Shown piece after piece: positions 32,854 through 42,059 of a stretch of 64,000 bases of DNA. How positions within the stretch are numbered: the first letter of the stretch is position 1; every line of letters begins with the position of its first letter. Origin of the DNA: Gammaproteobacteria bacterium (GTDB lineage Bacteria > Pseudomonadota > Gammaproteobacteria > JABABF01); the NCBI GenBank assembly GCA_965237805.1, contig OZ250153.1:544001-608000 (forward strand), in the 5' to 3' direction. The notes beneath the pieces were generated by a model that saw nothing but the letters and a program-made list of their open reading frames with translations, did not search any database and had not been told where the DNA came from. Position numbers and translations under genes: made by a program.

Positions 32854-33549
32854 ATGATCATGCCAAAGAAAATGGATAGCACAGCTGCCCCCACATCGAG
32901 CCAACATAGAGAGATGATTTCCCGCTGGCAGGCGCTGGTCACCCTCTTGTCGATCGAATCGCTGGTGCTGATGGTGGTGATCATGCTCACTGAAGAGAGC
33001 GAGATCCACACCCTGCTGATCTACTTTGATGTCCTGATGTGCGTGGTATTGTTGGCGGATTTCTGTACCCGTTTCAGCCACGCCAAAGGCAGGAGAATGG
33101 ACTTTCTCATCCGCGATAAAGGCATCCTCGATCTGATCGGTAGCCTGCCCTTGGCCGAGGAATTGCACTGGGCGCGCATCGCCCGACTGTGGCGTATCGC
33201 ACGCCTCATCAGCGCGATCGGATCGCTGAGCGACCTCGCCAGCCACATGCGCCGCCAACCGCTGGAACTGGCTTTTGTCACCACTCTGGCCGTCATCATC
33301 AACCTGAGCGTCATCGGTAGCATCTTGGTGCTTTACTGGGAGAGTGCCGCCCCCAACGGCAACATCACCACCGCCGAAACCACACTGTGGTGGGCAATAC
33401 AAACTGTCTCTACCGTCGGCTACGGAGACTACTATCCCGTCACAGCTGGCGGACGCGTTGTCGCAGCCCTGCTCATGTTGAGCGGGGTCGGCCTGTTCGG
33501 CACCCTCACCGCTTGGGCAGCCACGCCGCTGTTGCGGCGCGACAACTGA
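32854..33549 (+). CDS. Voltage-gated potassium channel (KvAP-like 6TM)
   Basis: S4-like RIARLWRIARL, pore helix LWWAIQT, filter TVGYGD. Confidence 0.92.
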   Translation: MIMPKKMDSTAAPTSSQHREMISRWQALVTLLSIESLVLMVVIMLTEESEIHTLLIYFDVLMCVVLLADFCTRFSHAKGRRMDFLIRDKGILDLIGSLPLAEELHWARIARLWRIARLISAIGSLSDLASHMRRQPLELAFVTTLAVIINLSVIGSILVLYWESAAPNGNITTAETTLWWAIQTVSTVGYGDYYPVTAGGRVVAALLMLSGVGLFGTLTAWAATPLLRRDN

Positions 33550-33637
33550 AGCAAGCCCCTCACTTGGGCCGCCTTGCTTGTCAGCGCAAGGCAAGGCATG
33601 ATAGTGTTCGTCCGCTTCATGGATGAAGGAGGGTCGG

Positions 33638-34099
33638 ATGATGGCAAGGATTGCCCAGCGAGGCTTCAGCCTCGTCGAACTGATGATCGTGCTCGCCATC
33701 GTCGGCATCTTGGCCGCGATCGCCGTGCCCCAGTACCAGCTGTACACGCAACGCAGCCGCGTCAGTGCCAGCCTCGCTGCAGCGCGACCGTTGCAGTTGG
33801 CGGTCGCCGAGTACGCCGCCGATAAGGGTGAACTGCCGCCCTCGTCAGCGGCACTGGCCGACTACGGTGCCGAACTCAACGGCACAGCCTATGCCTCCGG
33901 ACTGGTCGCCGCCGTCGAGTATTCCGCCGCCGACAGCAGTGCTGCCATCACCATCCGCTACCAGAGCGACACGGCGACACCGGCCGCCATACGCGGGCAC
34001 AGCTTGGTCATCGCCCCGACGCTGGGCAGTGTCGGCCAGCTGCGCTTCACAATTAGCGGTACCAGCAGCCTGCCTGCCAAATTGCGCCCCAGGCTGTGA
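33638..34099 (+). CDS. pilA: Type IVa major pilin
   Basis: QRG|FSLVELMIVLAIVGILAAIAVPQY class III signal; SD AAGGAGG. Confidence 0.92.
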   Translation: MMARIAQRGFSLVELMIVLAIVGILAAIAVPQYQLYTQRSRVSASLAAARPLQLAVAEYAADKGELPPSSAALADYGAELNGTAYASGLVAAVEYSAADSSAAITIRYQSDTATPAAIRGHSLVIAPTLGSVGQLRFTISGTSSLPAKLRPRL

Positions 34100-35409
34100 A
34101 TCGCCTCCTCACCCCGACCACAGCGTTGCCTACAACCATTGCCACACCGCCGCCACAGCAGCATTTGACCGCAGCCAATAGCCCCCAGCCAGCCACCAGT
34201 ACTTCACGGCGCTACCACTGGCGCGGCCACCTGCGCGGCGCACCACATCGGCACCGGCGCGGCACGGTCACCGCCACTGATGTCGAAACCGCAGGCCTGC
34301 AGCTCTACCGTCAAGGGGTGGTCGCCACCCGTGTGCGTCCCCCATCCCGTTTTCACTGGCTGTACGCCACCCGCGTCACCGATGACGATATGACAGCGCT
34401 GCTCAAACAGCTGGCGGCAACCACAGGCGGCGGCGTTCCCCTGCTGGAGGGGCTGGCGACGCTGCTCGAGGCAGCGGATCAACCCGCACTGGAGCAGCTA
34501 TTGCGCGATGCACTCGCGGAGTTGACCGCTGGCGGCGCTCTGGCAACAGCGCTGGCACGTCCGCCGGGACAACTCGATGCGCCGAGCGTGGCTTTGATCG
34601 CCGCTGGCGAGCGCAGCGGTGCACTGGCAGCCATGCTGCGCTATGCCAGCGCTCAACGCGATGGCGCACGCCGGTTACAGTATCAGCTGCGGCGAGCGCT
34701 CAGCTACCCGCTGGCCTTGCTCGGGGTGGCGCTCGCCGTCACCGCACTGCTACTGCTGGAAGTGGTGCCACGCTTCGTTGCCATTTACGGAGACTTCGAT
34801 GCCGCACTGCCGCCAGCCACCAGCGCGGTCATCGCCGCCTCAGCGTGGCTCAGCAGCCACTTCTGGCAGCTGCTGCTGGGCGTGCCGGTCACCGTCGTCG
34901 CCAGCCAGCTGCTGTGCCGACACTACCCGCCGCTACGCCATCGCTGGCAACGCTGGCAGCTGAGGCTGCCGCTGTGGGGATCGATGCTGCGCATGGCCGC
35001 AGCAGCCCGCTTCTGCCGCATCGTGGCCGCCGCACTGGGTGGCGGTGCCAGCTTGTCACAAGCATTGGCAGTGGCCGAGCAGGGTTGCGGTCACGGAACT
35101 ATCAACGCGGGTGTCAAACAGCTGAGGCTGCGGGTCGAGGACGGTGCCACACTGGCAGTGGCTCTGCGCGAGGTGGCATTGTTCCCGCAGCTGCTACCGC
35201 GGATGGCCGCCGCCGGCGAGCGGTCGGGGCAGCTGGATGCCATGCTTGGACAGGCGGCGGACTGGTGCGAAGAGGAAACGACGGCGGCGGCGCAGCGTTT
35301 GACGGCGCTTGCCGAACCGCTGATGATTGTAGTGCTGGGAGCGCTGATCGGAGGCCTGATTCTCGCGCTGTACCTGCCGGTATTTCAATTGGGACAGCAC
35401 ATCATCTGA
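34096..35409 (+). CDS. pilC: Type IV pilus inner-membrane platform protein (T2SS F family)
   Basis: Two AGERSG motifs, ALSYP, C-terminal LYLPVFQLG. Confidence 0.92.
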   Translation: MNRLLTPTTALPTTIATPPPQQHLTAANSPQPATSTSRRYHWRGHLRGAPHRHRRGTVTATDVETAGLQLYRQGVVATRVRPPSRFHWLYATRVTDDDMTALLKQLAATTGGGVPLLEGLATLLEAADQPALEQLLRDALAELTAGGALATALARPPGQLDAPSVALIAAGERSGALAAMLRYASAQRDGARRLQYQLRRALSYPLALLGVALAVTALLLLEVVPRFVAIYGDFDAALPPATSAVIAASAWLSSHFWQLLLGVPVTVVASQLLCRHYPPLRHRWQRWQLRLPLWGSMLRMAAAARFCRIVAAALGGGASLSQALAVAEQGCGHGTINAGVKQLRLRVEDGATLAVALREVALFPQLLPRMAAAGERSGQLDAMLGQAADWCEEETTAAAQRLTALAEPLMIVVLGALIGGLILALYLPVFQLGQHII

Positions 35410-35430
35410 GCGTCGGGCGGGCGCAGCACT

Positions 35431-36303
35431 ATGGCAACACCAATCCTCGCCCTGCTGGCCGTTGGCCTCGGCCTCTTGCTGGCTGTGCCGATGACTATGC
35501 TGGTCTGGCGCCTGCCGCGCTTGCTGGAACGGGAGTGGGAATGCGAGCGCATCGCCATGCTGCAGCCAGAGGACGCACAGCTGCCACCGCCGCTGTCCTT
35601 TCGCCTGCTCAGGCCCGGCCCGCACTGCGATAGCTGCCATGCCCCGCTGCGGGCGATGGAACTCATCCCGCTGCTGAGCTACCTGCGCCAGCGCGGTGCC
35701 TGCAGGCACTGCGGGGCACGGTTGCGGCGCAATGAACCGTTGATGGAGCTCAGCGTGGCGCTGCTATTTGCTACCACCGCTTGGCACATAGGCAACTCGA
35801 CTTTGCCGCTGGGCTACGCCCTGCCCGCCGCACTCTTGTTCAGCTGGATGTTGCTGGCCATGGCCTGCATCGACTGGGAGCACCAGATTCTGCCAGATGA
35901 AATGACCCTCAGTCTGATGGTGATCGGGCTACTGGTCAACAGCTTCGGTAACGGCTTATTCGCCACGACGCAATCTGCGATCATCGGTGCCGCCGCTGGC
36001 TATCTCAGTCTGTGGCTGTGCTTCCAAGCTTTTTTGCTCATCAGCGGCAAGGAGGGGATGGGCTACGGCGATTTCAAGCTGCTGGCCGCCATCGGCGCTT
36101 GGCTGGGCTGGGAGGCACTATCCTTTGTCGTGCTGGCAGCGGCAGTCAGCGGCACCGCCGTCGGTATCTCACTGTTGCTGAGCCGACGGCTGACACGCGA
36201 CACACCCATCTCTTTTGGCCCCTATCTGGCTGCGGCTGGATGGGCCTATTTGCTATGGGGGCAACAGGCGCAGGATCTCGCTACCTACTGGTCGCCACCA
36301 TGA
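35431..36303 (+). CDS. pilD: Prepilin peptidase/N-methyltransferase
   Basis: Two CxxC motifs, IDWEHQILPD, EGMGYGDFKL, FGPYL. Confidence 0.96.
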   Translation: MATPILALLAVGLGLLLAVPMTMLVWRLPRLLEREWECERIAMLQPEDAQLPPPLSFRLLRPGPHCDSCHAPLRAMELIPLLSYLRQRGACRHCGARLRRNEPLMELSVALLFATTAWHIGNSTLPLGYALPAALLFSWMLLAMACIDWEHQILPDEMTLSLMVIGLLVNSFGNGLFATTQSAIIGAAAGYLSLWLCFQAFLLISGKEGMGYGDFKLLAAIGAWLGWEALSFVVLAAAVSGTAVGISLLLSRRLTRDTPISFGPYLAAAGWAYLLWGQQAQDLATYWSPP

Positions 36304-36911
36304 AGCTGTTCACCGTCGGTCTCACAGGCGGTATCGGTAGCGGCAAAAGTACCGTAGCCGAACGCTTTGCCGCCCTCGGTGTCGCAGTGGTCGACAGCGA
36401 TGTGGCGGCGTACGATGTGGTGGTGCCGGGGTCCCCGGCACTGCGGCAATTGGCCGAGCATTTCGGCAACGAGCTGGTACGCGAGGACGGGACGTTGGAT
36501 CGCCCGCAGCTGCGGGCGCGTGTTTTCGCCGAAGCGAGCGAGCGGCGTTGGCTGGAGCAATTGCTACACCCTCTGATCCGCGAGCGCTGCCAACAGCAGC
36601 TCGATGCCGTGCGTGGCCCCTACGCACTGTTCGTCGTGCCCTTGCTAGTGGAAGCCGAGAGTGCGCTGGCAGTGGATCGAGTGCTGGTCGTCGATCTACC
36701 CGAGGAGGAGCAATTGCGTCGCGCCATGCAACGGGATCGAGCCGACGCCAACTCGGTGCGAGCGATCATGGCGAGCCAAGCCAGCCGCGCACAGCGGTGC
36801 GAGCGAGCCGACGATCTGGTCGACAACAGCGGCCCACCAGAAGCACTAGTAGCTGCTGTCGAGGCACTACACCAACGCTATCTGCTACTGGCTGCCGAAG
36901 CGGCGCGATAG
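36300..36911 (+). CDS. coaE: Dephospho-CoA kinase
   Basis: GLTGGIGSGKST, LLHPLIR, VPLLVE; ATGA overlap with pilD. Confidence 0.96.
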   Translation: MKLFTVGLTGGIGSGKSTVAERFAALGVAVVDSDVAAYDVVVPGSPALRQLAEHFGNELVREDGTLDRPQLRARVFAEASERRWLEQLLHPLIRERCQQQLDAVRGPYALFVVPLLVEAESALAVDRVLVVDLPEEEQLRRAMQRDRADANSVRAIMASQASRAQRCERADDLVDNSGPPEALVAAVEALHQRYLLLAAEAAR

Positions 36912-36947
36912 GCAGCTGCCACCAGCTTGAGGCACACCGCCCCAAGC

Positions 36948-38141
36948 TCAGCTGCGGTATTCGGAATTGATCCGCAGGTACTCCGGCGACAGATCAGAAC
37001 CCCACACCATCGCCTCGGCCTCACCGCGCCCCAAGTCGATGTCCACCTGCACTTCATCGGCAGAGAATGCGCGCTTGCCATGCGCTTCCGAGTAACTTGG
37101 GGCGCGCTTGCCGCCGATCACTACCGGCTCGCCAGCAAGTAACACCCGCACCTTTGCAACATCTAAATCCGAGAGTCCGGCCCGGCCGATGGCGGCCAAA
37201 AGCCGTCCCCAATTCGGGTCGGCAGCATGCAGCGCCGTCTTGAACAGAGGCGAACCAGCAACGGCAAAACCGACCGTGCGACATTCTGCGCGATCCACCC
37301 CACCGCGCACGCAGATGGCAGCGATTCGCTCCGCCCCCTCGCCATCGCGCACGATTTGTCGGGCGAGCTTAGTGCAGACTTCTGATAGCACTTCCTGTAA
37401 CAGCTCGACTGGCGGTGTCGGAGCGGTGCCAGTAGCCGCAAAGACGCAGGCGTCATTGGTCGAGGTGTCGCCGTCCACGGTGATGCAGTGAAAACTCTGA
37501 TCCAGCGCCTTGCGCAATAGCTCGTCGAGCTGCTCGCAGGACACGGCAGCGTCGGTGGCGACCAGCGCCAACATGGTCGCCATATCCGGATGGATCATGC
37601 CAGCTCCCTTGGCCAAGCCCGAGACGCGAAAGCGGCCGCCGGGCCAAGTGCGCTCGCAGCCAGCCAACTTGGGACCGTTATCGGTAGTCATAACGGCTCG
37701 CGCCGCCGCTTCCCAATGATCTGCCGCCAAATCTGCCAAGGCCACATCCAAGGAGCCGACCACCTTGGCCACTGGCAAGGGCTCGCCGATCACCCCGGTC
37801 GAGAAAGGCAATACTGCGCGCTCGTCCACCCCGACGCGCTGCGCCAATTGGCGGCAGCACTCACGGGCGTCCATCACGCCCTCAGCGCCGAGGCCAGCGT
37901 TGGCATTGGCACTGTTGTAGAGCAGATAACGCGGTGCTGTATCGCTGGCCAAATGCTCACGCGCCACTTGCACCGGTGCCGCTGCGAAGGCATTGCGGGT
38001 GAATGCAGCCGCCAACGCGACTCGGGGTGGCAAACACACCACGACGATGTCATCGTTGCGTGTACGAAGGCGCAGGCCAGCGCTCGCAGTGCCGATCTCA
38101 ATACCGGCAACCGGTGCCGCCCGACCCACTTCAACGGCCAT
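36948..38141 (-). CDS. argJ: Bifunctional ornithine acetyltransferase
   Basis: FSTGVIGE, AKGAGMIHPDMATML, DGDTSTND, RDGEGA, DPNWGR. Confidence 0.96.
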   Translation of the reverse strand: MAVEVGRAAPVAGIEIGTASAGLRLRTRNDDIVVVCLPPRVALAAAFTRNAFAAAPVQVAREHLASDTAPRYLLYNSANANAGLGAEGVMDARECCRQLAQRVGVDERAVLPFSTGVIGEPLPVAKVVGSLDVALADLAADHWEAAARAVMTTDNGPKLAGCERTWPGGRFRVSGLAKGAGMIHPDMATMLALVATDAAVSCEQLDELLRKALDQSFHCITVDGDTSTNDACVFAATGTAPTPPVELLQEVLSEVCTKLARQIVRDGEGAERIAAICVRGGVDRAECRTVGFAVAGSPLFKTALHAADPNWGRLLAAIGRAGLSDLDVAKVRVLLAGEPVVIGGKRAPSYSEAHGKRAFSADEVQVDIDLGRGEAEAMVWGSDLSPEYLRINSEYRS

Positions 38142-40878
38142 GGCAATGCTTGTATTTACGGTTGGAGCCACAGGGGCAAGGCGCGTTGCGCCCGACCTTG
38201 CCCAACTCGCGCCGCACGGGGACAGTCACCGGCGGAGAGATCGGCGCAGTCTCCCGTACGTCGACAGCAGGCTGGCGCGGCGACTGCAGCGCGACGGGCG
38301 GCGCGCTGTCGGAGCTAACACGCAGGTGCTGCAGTTTGCGCTGGTATTTGCGCTGCTGGCGTTCCTCGACTTCATCGGCGCTCTCGCCGCTTTGATCGAG
38401 GGGCAAATGCAGTAGCGCGTTCACCAAACGGAGTTTGACCTGCCACAGCGTTTCTTGGAACAGCAGAAAGGCCTCGCGTTTGTATTCCTCCTTGGGGTTG
38501 CGCTGGGCATAGGCGCGAAAATGGATGCCTTGGCGCAGGTGATCCATCGATACCAAGTGCTGCTTCCAACACATATCCAACACCTGCAACATCAGTAGCT
38601 GCTCCAGCCGCCGAAACTCCTCGCGACCGATCTGTTGCTCGCGCTCGCGCCAAGTGTTCGCCCAAGCTTCGCCGACGCGTTCGCGCAACGTTTCCTCGTA
38701 CAGCTCATCGTCCTCCTCCAGCCAATGCGCCAAGGCCAAGTTCAGGTTCAATTCTGCCGCCAGCGCCCGCTCGAGACCCGGGATATCCCATTGCTCGGCC
38801 AGCGAGCCTGGCGGTAGGTGCTCGTCGATCGTGCGCTCGAGCACCTCATGTGAAATCTCAACCACCGCCTCGGAGATGTCGTCGGTGCGCAACAGCATAT
38901 CGCGCTGGCCGTAGACCACCTTGCGCTGGGTGTCGGCAATATCATCGTACTCTAAGAGCTGTTTGCGGATATCAAAATTGTGGCTTTCAACGCGGCGCTG
39001 GGCTTGGCGGATGGCGCGTGTCACCATGCCGTGCTCGATCGCATCGCCACGCTCCAAGCCCAAATTGGACATGAAGCTCTTGACTCGGTCGCTGAGGAAG
39101 ATGCGCATCAGATCGTCGTCGAGCGACAGATAAAAGCGCGATAGGCCGGGGTCTCCTTGGCGTCCGGCGCGCCCACGCAACTGGTTGTCCACGCGCCGCG
39201 ACTCGTGACGACCAGTGCCGAGCACATGCAGGCCGCCAGCTTCGATGACACGCTGGTGACGCTGCTCCCACGCCTCTCGCAATGAAGCCTGCAATGCCAG
39301 ATCGCCAGCCCGCTCTTCCGGTAGGGCGGCGAGCTCCGCCTCGAAGCTACCGCCGAGCACGATGTCGGTGCCGCGGCCAGCCATATTAGTGGCGATGGTC
39401 ACCGTCCCCGGTCGCCCCGCCTGGGCGATGACCTCGGCCTCGCGCTGGTGTTGCTTGGCATTGAGGACATTGTGGGCGACACCCTCATCCGTGAGCAGCT
39501 GAGAGATACGCTCAGAATTGTCGATCGAGGTGGTGCCGACCAGCGCGGGAGCCCCCCGATCGACCAGCTGGCGGATGTCGGCAACCAACGCCTCGTGCTT
39601 TTCCTCCTCAGTGAGATAAACCAAATCGTCTTCGTCGACGCGCCGTACGGTCTGATTGGTCGGCACCACCACCACTTCCAAACCGTAGATCTGGTGGAAT
39701 TCAGCCGCCTCGGTATCGGCGGTACCGGTCATGCCAGCCAATGTGCCGTAGAGACGGAAATAGTTCTGGTAAGTGGTCGATGCCAGCGTCTGATTCTCGC
39801 TCTGAATCACGAGACTCTCCTTGGCCTCCAGTGCCTGATGCAGACCGTCGGACAGACGCCGACCGAGCATTTTGCGACCAGTGTGCTCGTCGATCAACAC
39901 GATTTGGCGATCTTGCACGATGTACTCGACATCGCGGCGATAGAGTGTGTGGGCTCGCAGTGCCGCGAGCACATGGTGTAGCAGCACCAGATTGGCAGCG
40001 GCGTAGAGGCTGGCACGGGGCTCCAGCAAAGCCTCTCGCTCCAGCCAATCTTCAACGAACTCGTGCCCCTCCTCACTCAATTCGACTTGGCGCTGCTTTT
40101 CGTCAAGCGTGAAATAGTGATCGCGGCCATTGGGTACGATCAGTGGCATTAACTGCTGGATGCGGCGGTACAGCTCAGAACTCTGCTCGGTGGCACCAGA
40201 GATAACCAACGGCGTGCGCGCCTCGTCGATCAGGATGGAATCCACCTCGTCGACGATGGCAAAATCCAAGCCGCGCTGCACTTGTTCCGCAAGCGAAAAG
40301 CCCATGTTGTCGCGCAGATAATCGAAACCAAATTCATGATTCGTGCCATAGCAGATATCCGCGGAGTAGGCCTCGCGCTTGCGCACCGCATCACCGCCGC
40401 TCAGCACAACATCGACGCTTAAGCCAAGAATTTCGTACAGCGGCCCCATCCAACGGGCATCGCGCTCTGCCAAGTAGTCATTGACCGTCACCAAATGCAC
40501 ACCGCCACCGGCCAGTGCGTTGAGGCACAGTGGCAATGTGGCAACCAAGGTCTTGCCTTCTCCGGTCGCCATCTCGGCGATATTGCCATCGTGCAACACG
40601 ATGCCACCCAGCAATTGCACATCAAAATGACGCAGGCCAATGGTGCGGCGGCCAGCCTCGCGCACCAAGGCGAAAGTCTCGGGCAACAGCACATCTAGCG
40701 CCTCGCCACCCTCGGTCCCACGACGGCGCAAAACAGCGCAACGCTCGCGTAGCACCACATCGCTCTGGGAGCGCAACTCCTCTTCCATCGCATTGATCTG
40801 GGCGACCACACGACCGTGGCGGCGCAGAATACGGTGGTTGCGACTAGCGACTAGACGGCGTAACAGGCGCAGGGGCAT
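38131..40878 (-). CDS. secA: Preprotein translocase ATPase SecA
   Basis: MATGEGKT, DEVDSILIDEARTP, QLRGRAGRQGDPG, C-terminal SEC-C CPCGSNRKYKHCH. Confidence 0.99.
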   Translation of the reverse strand: MPLRLLRRLVASRNHRILRRHGRVVAQINAMEEELRSQSDVVLRERCAVLRRRGTEGGEALDVLLPETFALVREAGRRTIGLRHFDVQLLGGIVLHDGNIAEMATGEGKTLVATLPLCLNALAGGGVHLVTVNDYLAERDARWMGPLYEILGLSVDVVLSGGDAVRKREAYSADICYGTNHEFGFDYLRDNMGFSLAEQVQRGLDFAIVDEVDSILIDEARTPLVISGATEQSSELYRRIQQLMPLIVPNGRDHYFTLDEKQRQVELSEEGHEFVEDWLEREALLEPRASLYAAANLVLLHHVLAALRAHTLYRRDVEYIVQDRQIVLIDEHTGRKMLGRRLSDGLHQALEAKESLVIQSENQTLASTTYQNYFRLYGTLAGMTGTADTEAAEFHQIYGLEVVVVPTNQTVRRVDEDDLVYLTEEEKHEALVADIRQLVDRGAPALVGTTSIDNSERISQLLTDEGVAHNVLNAKQHQREAEVIAQAGRPGTVTIATNMAGRGTDIVLGGSFEAELAALPEERAGDLALQASLREAWEQRHQRVIEAGGLHVLGTGRHESRRVDNQLRGRAGRQGDPGLSRFYLSLDDDLMRIFLSDRVKSFMSNLGLERGDAIEHGMVTRAIRQAQRRVESHNFDIRKQLLEYDDIADTQRKVVYGQRDMLLRTDDISEAVVEISHEVLERTIDEHLPPGSLAEQWDIPGLERALAAELNLNLALAHWLEEDDELYEETLRERVGEAWANTWREREQQIGREEFRRLEQLLMLQVLDMCWKQHLVSMDHLRQGIHFRAYAQRNPKEEYKREAFLLFQETLWQVKLRLVNALLHLPLDQSGESADEVEERQQRKYQRKLQHLRVSSDSAPPVALQSPRQPAVDVRETAPISPPVTVPVRRELGKVGRNAPCPCGSNRKYKHCHGR

Positions 40879-40906
40879 CGGCTAGCGGTCTTCTTGCAAA
40901 AATGGA

Positions 40907-41866
40907 TCAATGACTGAGCAAGCGCTCCCGGTTATAGACCACGGGCATATCGACACGGCGATCAAAACTGACAATTTCCCACGCATCGGGGTTCTGCAAT
41001 AGCTCGCGCAACAAACGATTGTTCAACTCGTGCCCAGACTTGTGGGCGCGGAAACCGCCGATCAAGCCCTTACCCAACAGATAGAGATCGCCGATCGCGT
41101 CGAGCATCTTGTGCATGACAAATTCGTCTTTGAAGCGCAGACCTCCCTCATTGACGATGCGGGAATCGTTGACGACGATGGCGTTGTCCATGCTGCCGCC
41201 TTGAATCAGACCATTGGAGCGCAACTGCTCGAATTCGTACATGAAACCGAAAGTGCGCGCACGACAGACCTCGCGCACAAAGACCGTGGTCGAGAACTCG
41301 AGTTCGCGATGCGCTACGCTCGCGCGCAACACCGGGTGATCAAAATCAATACTGAACGAGACATTAAAACCGCAGTGTGGGAAAAAGGCAGCGCTTTTCT
41401 CGCCGTCGCGCACCTCTAGCGGCTTGAGGATGCGGACGAACTGCTTGCGCGCCTGCTGTTGCTGAAAGCCAGCCGATTGCAACAGAAAGACAAAAGTGCC
41501 AGCGCTGCCATCCATGATCGGCACTTCTGGGCAATCGACATCGATATAGGCATTGTCGACACCGAGGCCAGCCAGTGCCGACAAGAGATGCTCTACCGTG
41601 GCGATGCGGGCATCGCCCTGCCCCAAGGAAGTCGACAAAGTGGTACTGCAGACTTGGGAGACGAGCGCCGGTATCTCGACTGGCGGATCCAAGTCCACGC
41701 GTCGGAATACGATGCCAGTGTTGGGCGGTGCCGGGCTCATGCACAGGGAGACACCCTTACCGCTGTGCAACCCCACTCCTCTGGCGCTGATCTTGTTGGC
41801 CAAGGTGTACTGGCTGACAGCCACCGCGTCCAACGGTGCCAGCGATTGCGACGATGGCTCCAGCAT
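40907..41866 (-). CDS. lpxC: UDP-3-O-acyl-GlcNAc deacetylase
   Basis: [39 protein letters not shown]. Confidence 0.97.
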   Translation of the reverse strand: MLEPSSQSLAPLDAVAVSQYTLANKISARGVGLHSGKGVSLCMSPAPPNTGIVFRRVDLDPPVEIPALVSQVCSTTLSTSLGQGDARIATVEHLLSALAGLGVDNAYIDVDCPEVPIMDGSAGTFVFLLQSAGFQQQQARKQFVRILKPLEVRDGEKSAAFFPHCGFNVSFSIDFDHPVLRASVAHRELEFSTTVFVREVCRARTFGFMYEFEQLRSNGLIQGGSMDNAIVVNDSRIVNEGGLRFKDEFVMHKMLDAIGDLYLLGKGLIGGFRAHKSGHELNNRLLRELLQNPDAWEIVSFDRRVDMPVVYNRERLLSH

Positions 41867-41998
41867 CAATCAATCCTAGCAATCCGGACGGCGCACACAT
41901 AACTGCACATCACAACATCGTACCCGCCCGCGCTCCGATCTGCAAGTCGCCTCGTGTGTGCAGGCTCACCCGGCCGCGATCACCGCGCTGCAGCGCGG

Positions 41999-42059
41999 TC
42001 AATTGGCTTGCTTGCGCAAGAAAGTGAGTGTGCTCAATCGGCCTGTTGGCGCAAGAAAG
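41999..42059 (-). repeat. Diverged tandem duplication of the ftsZ 3' end
   Basis: CTTTCTTGCGCCAACAGGCCGATTGA (FLRQQAD*) is followed 35 nt later by CTTTCTTGCGCAAGCAAGCCAATTGA (FLRKQAN*). Confidence 0.8.

Noticed and set aside
14862-33549. Kv-beta-like reductase and Kv channel as one functional system
   Set aside because: They are 17 kb apart in separate blocks; bacterial AKRs of this group are common without channels.
30277-33600. Prophage or integrative element at tmRNA
   Set aside because: No integrase, phage genes or duplicated ssrA 3' end were found in the window.
31945-33747. 600-aa ORF as a fused dehydrogenase
   Set aside because: The N-terminal ~330 aa are mostly the antisense shadow of the K+ channel and pilA; the Rossmann motif starts at ATG 32745.
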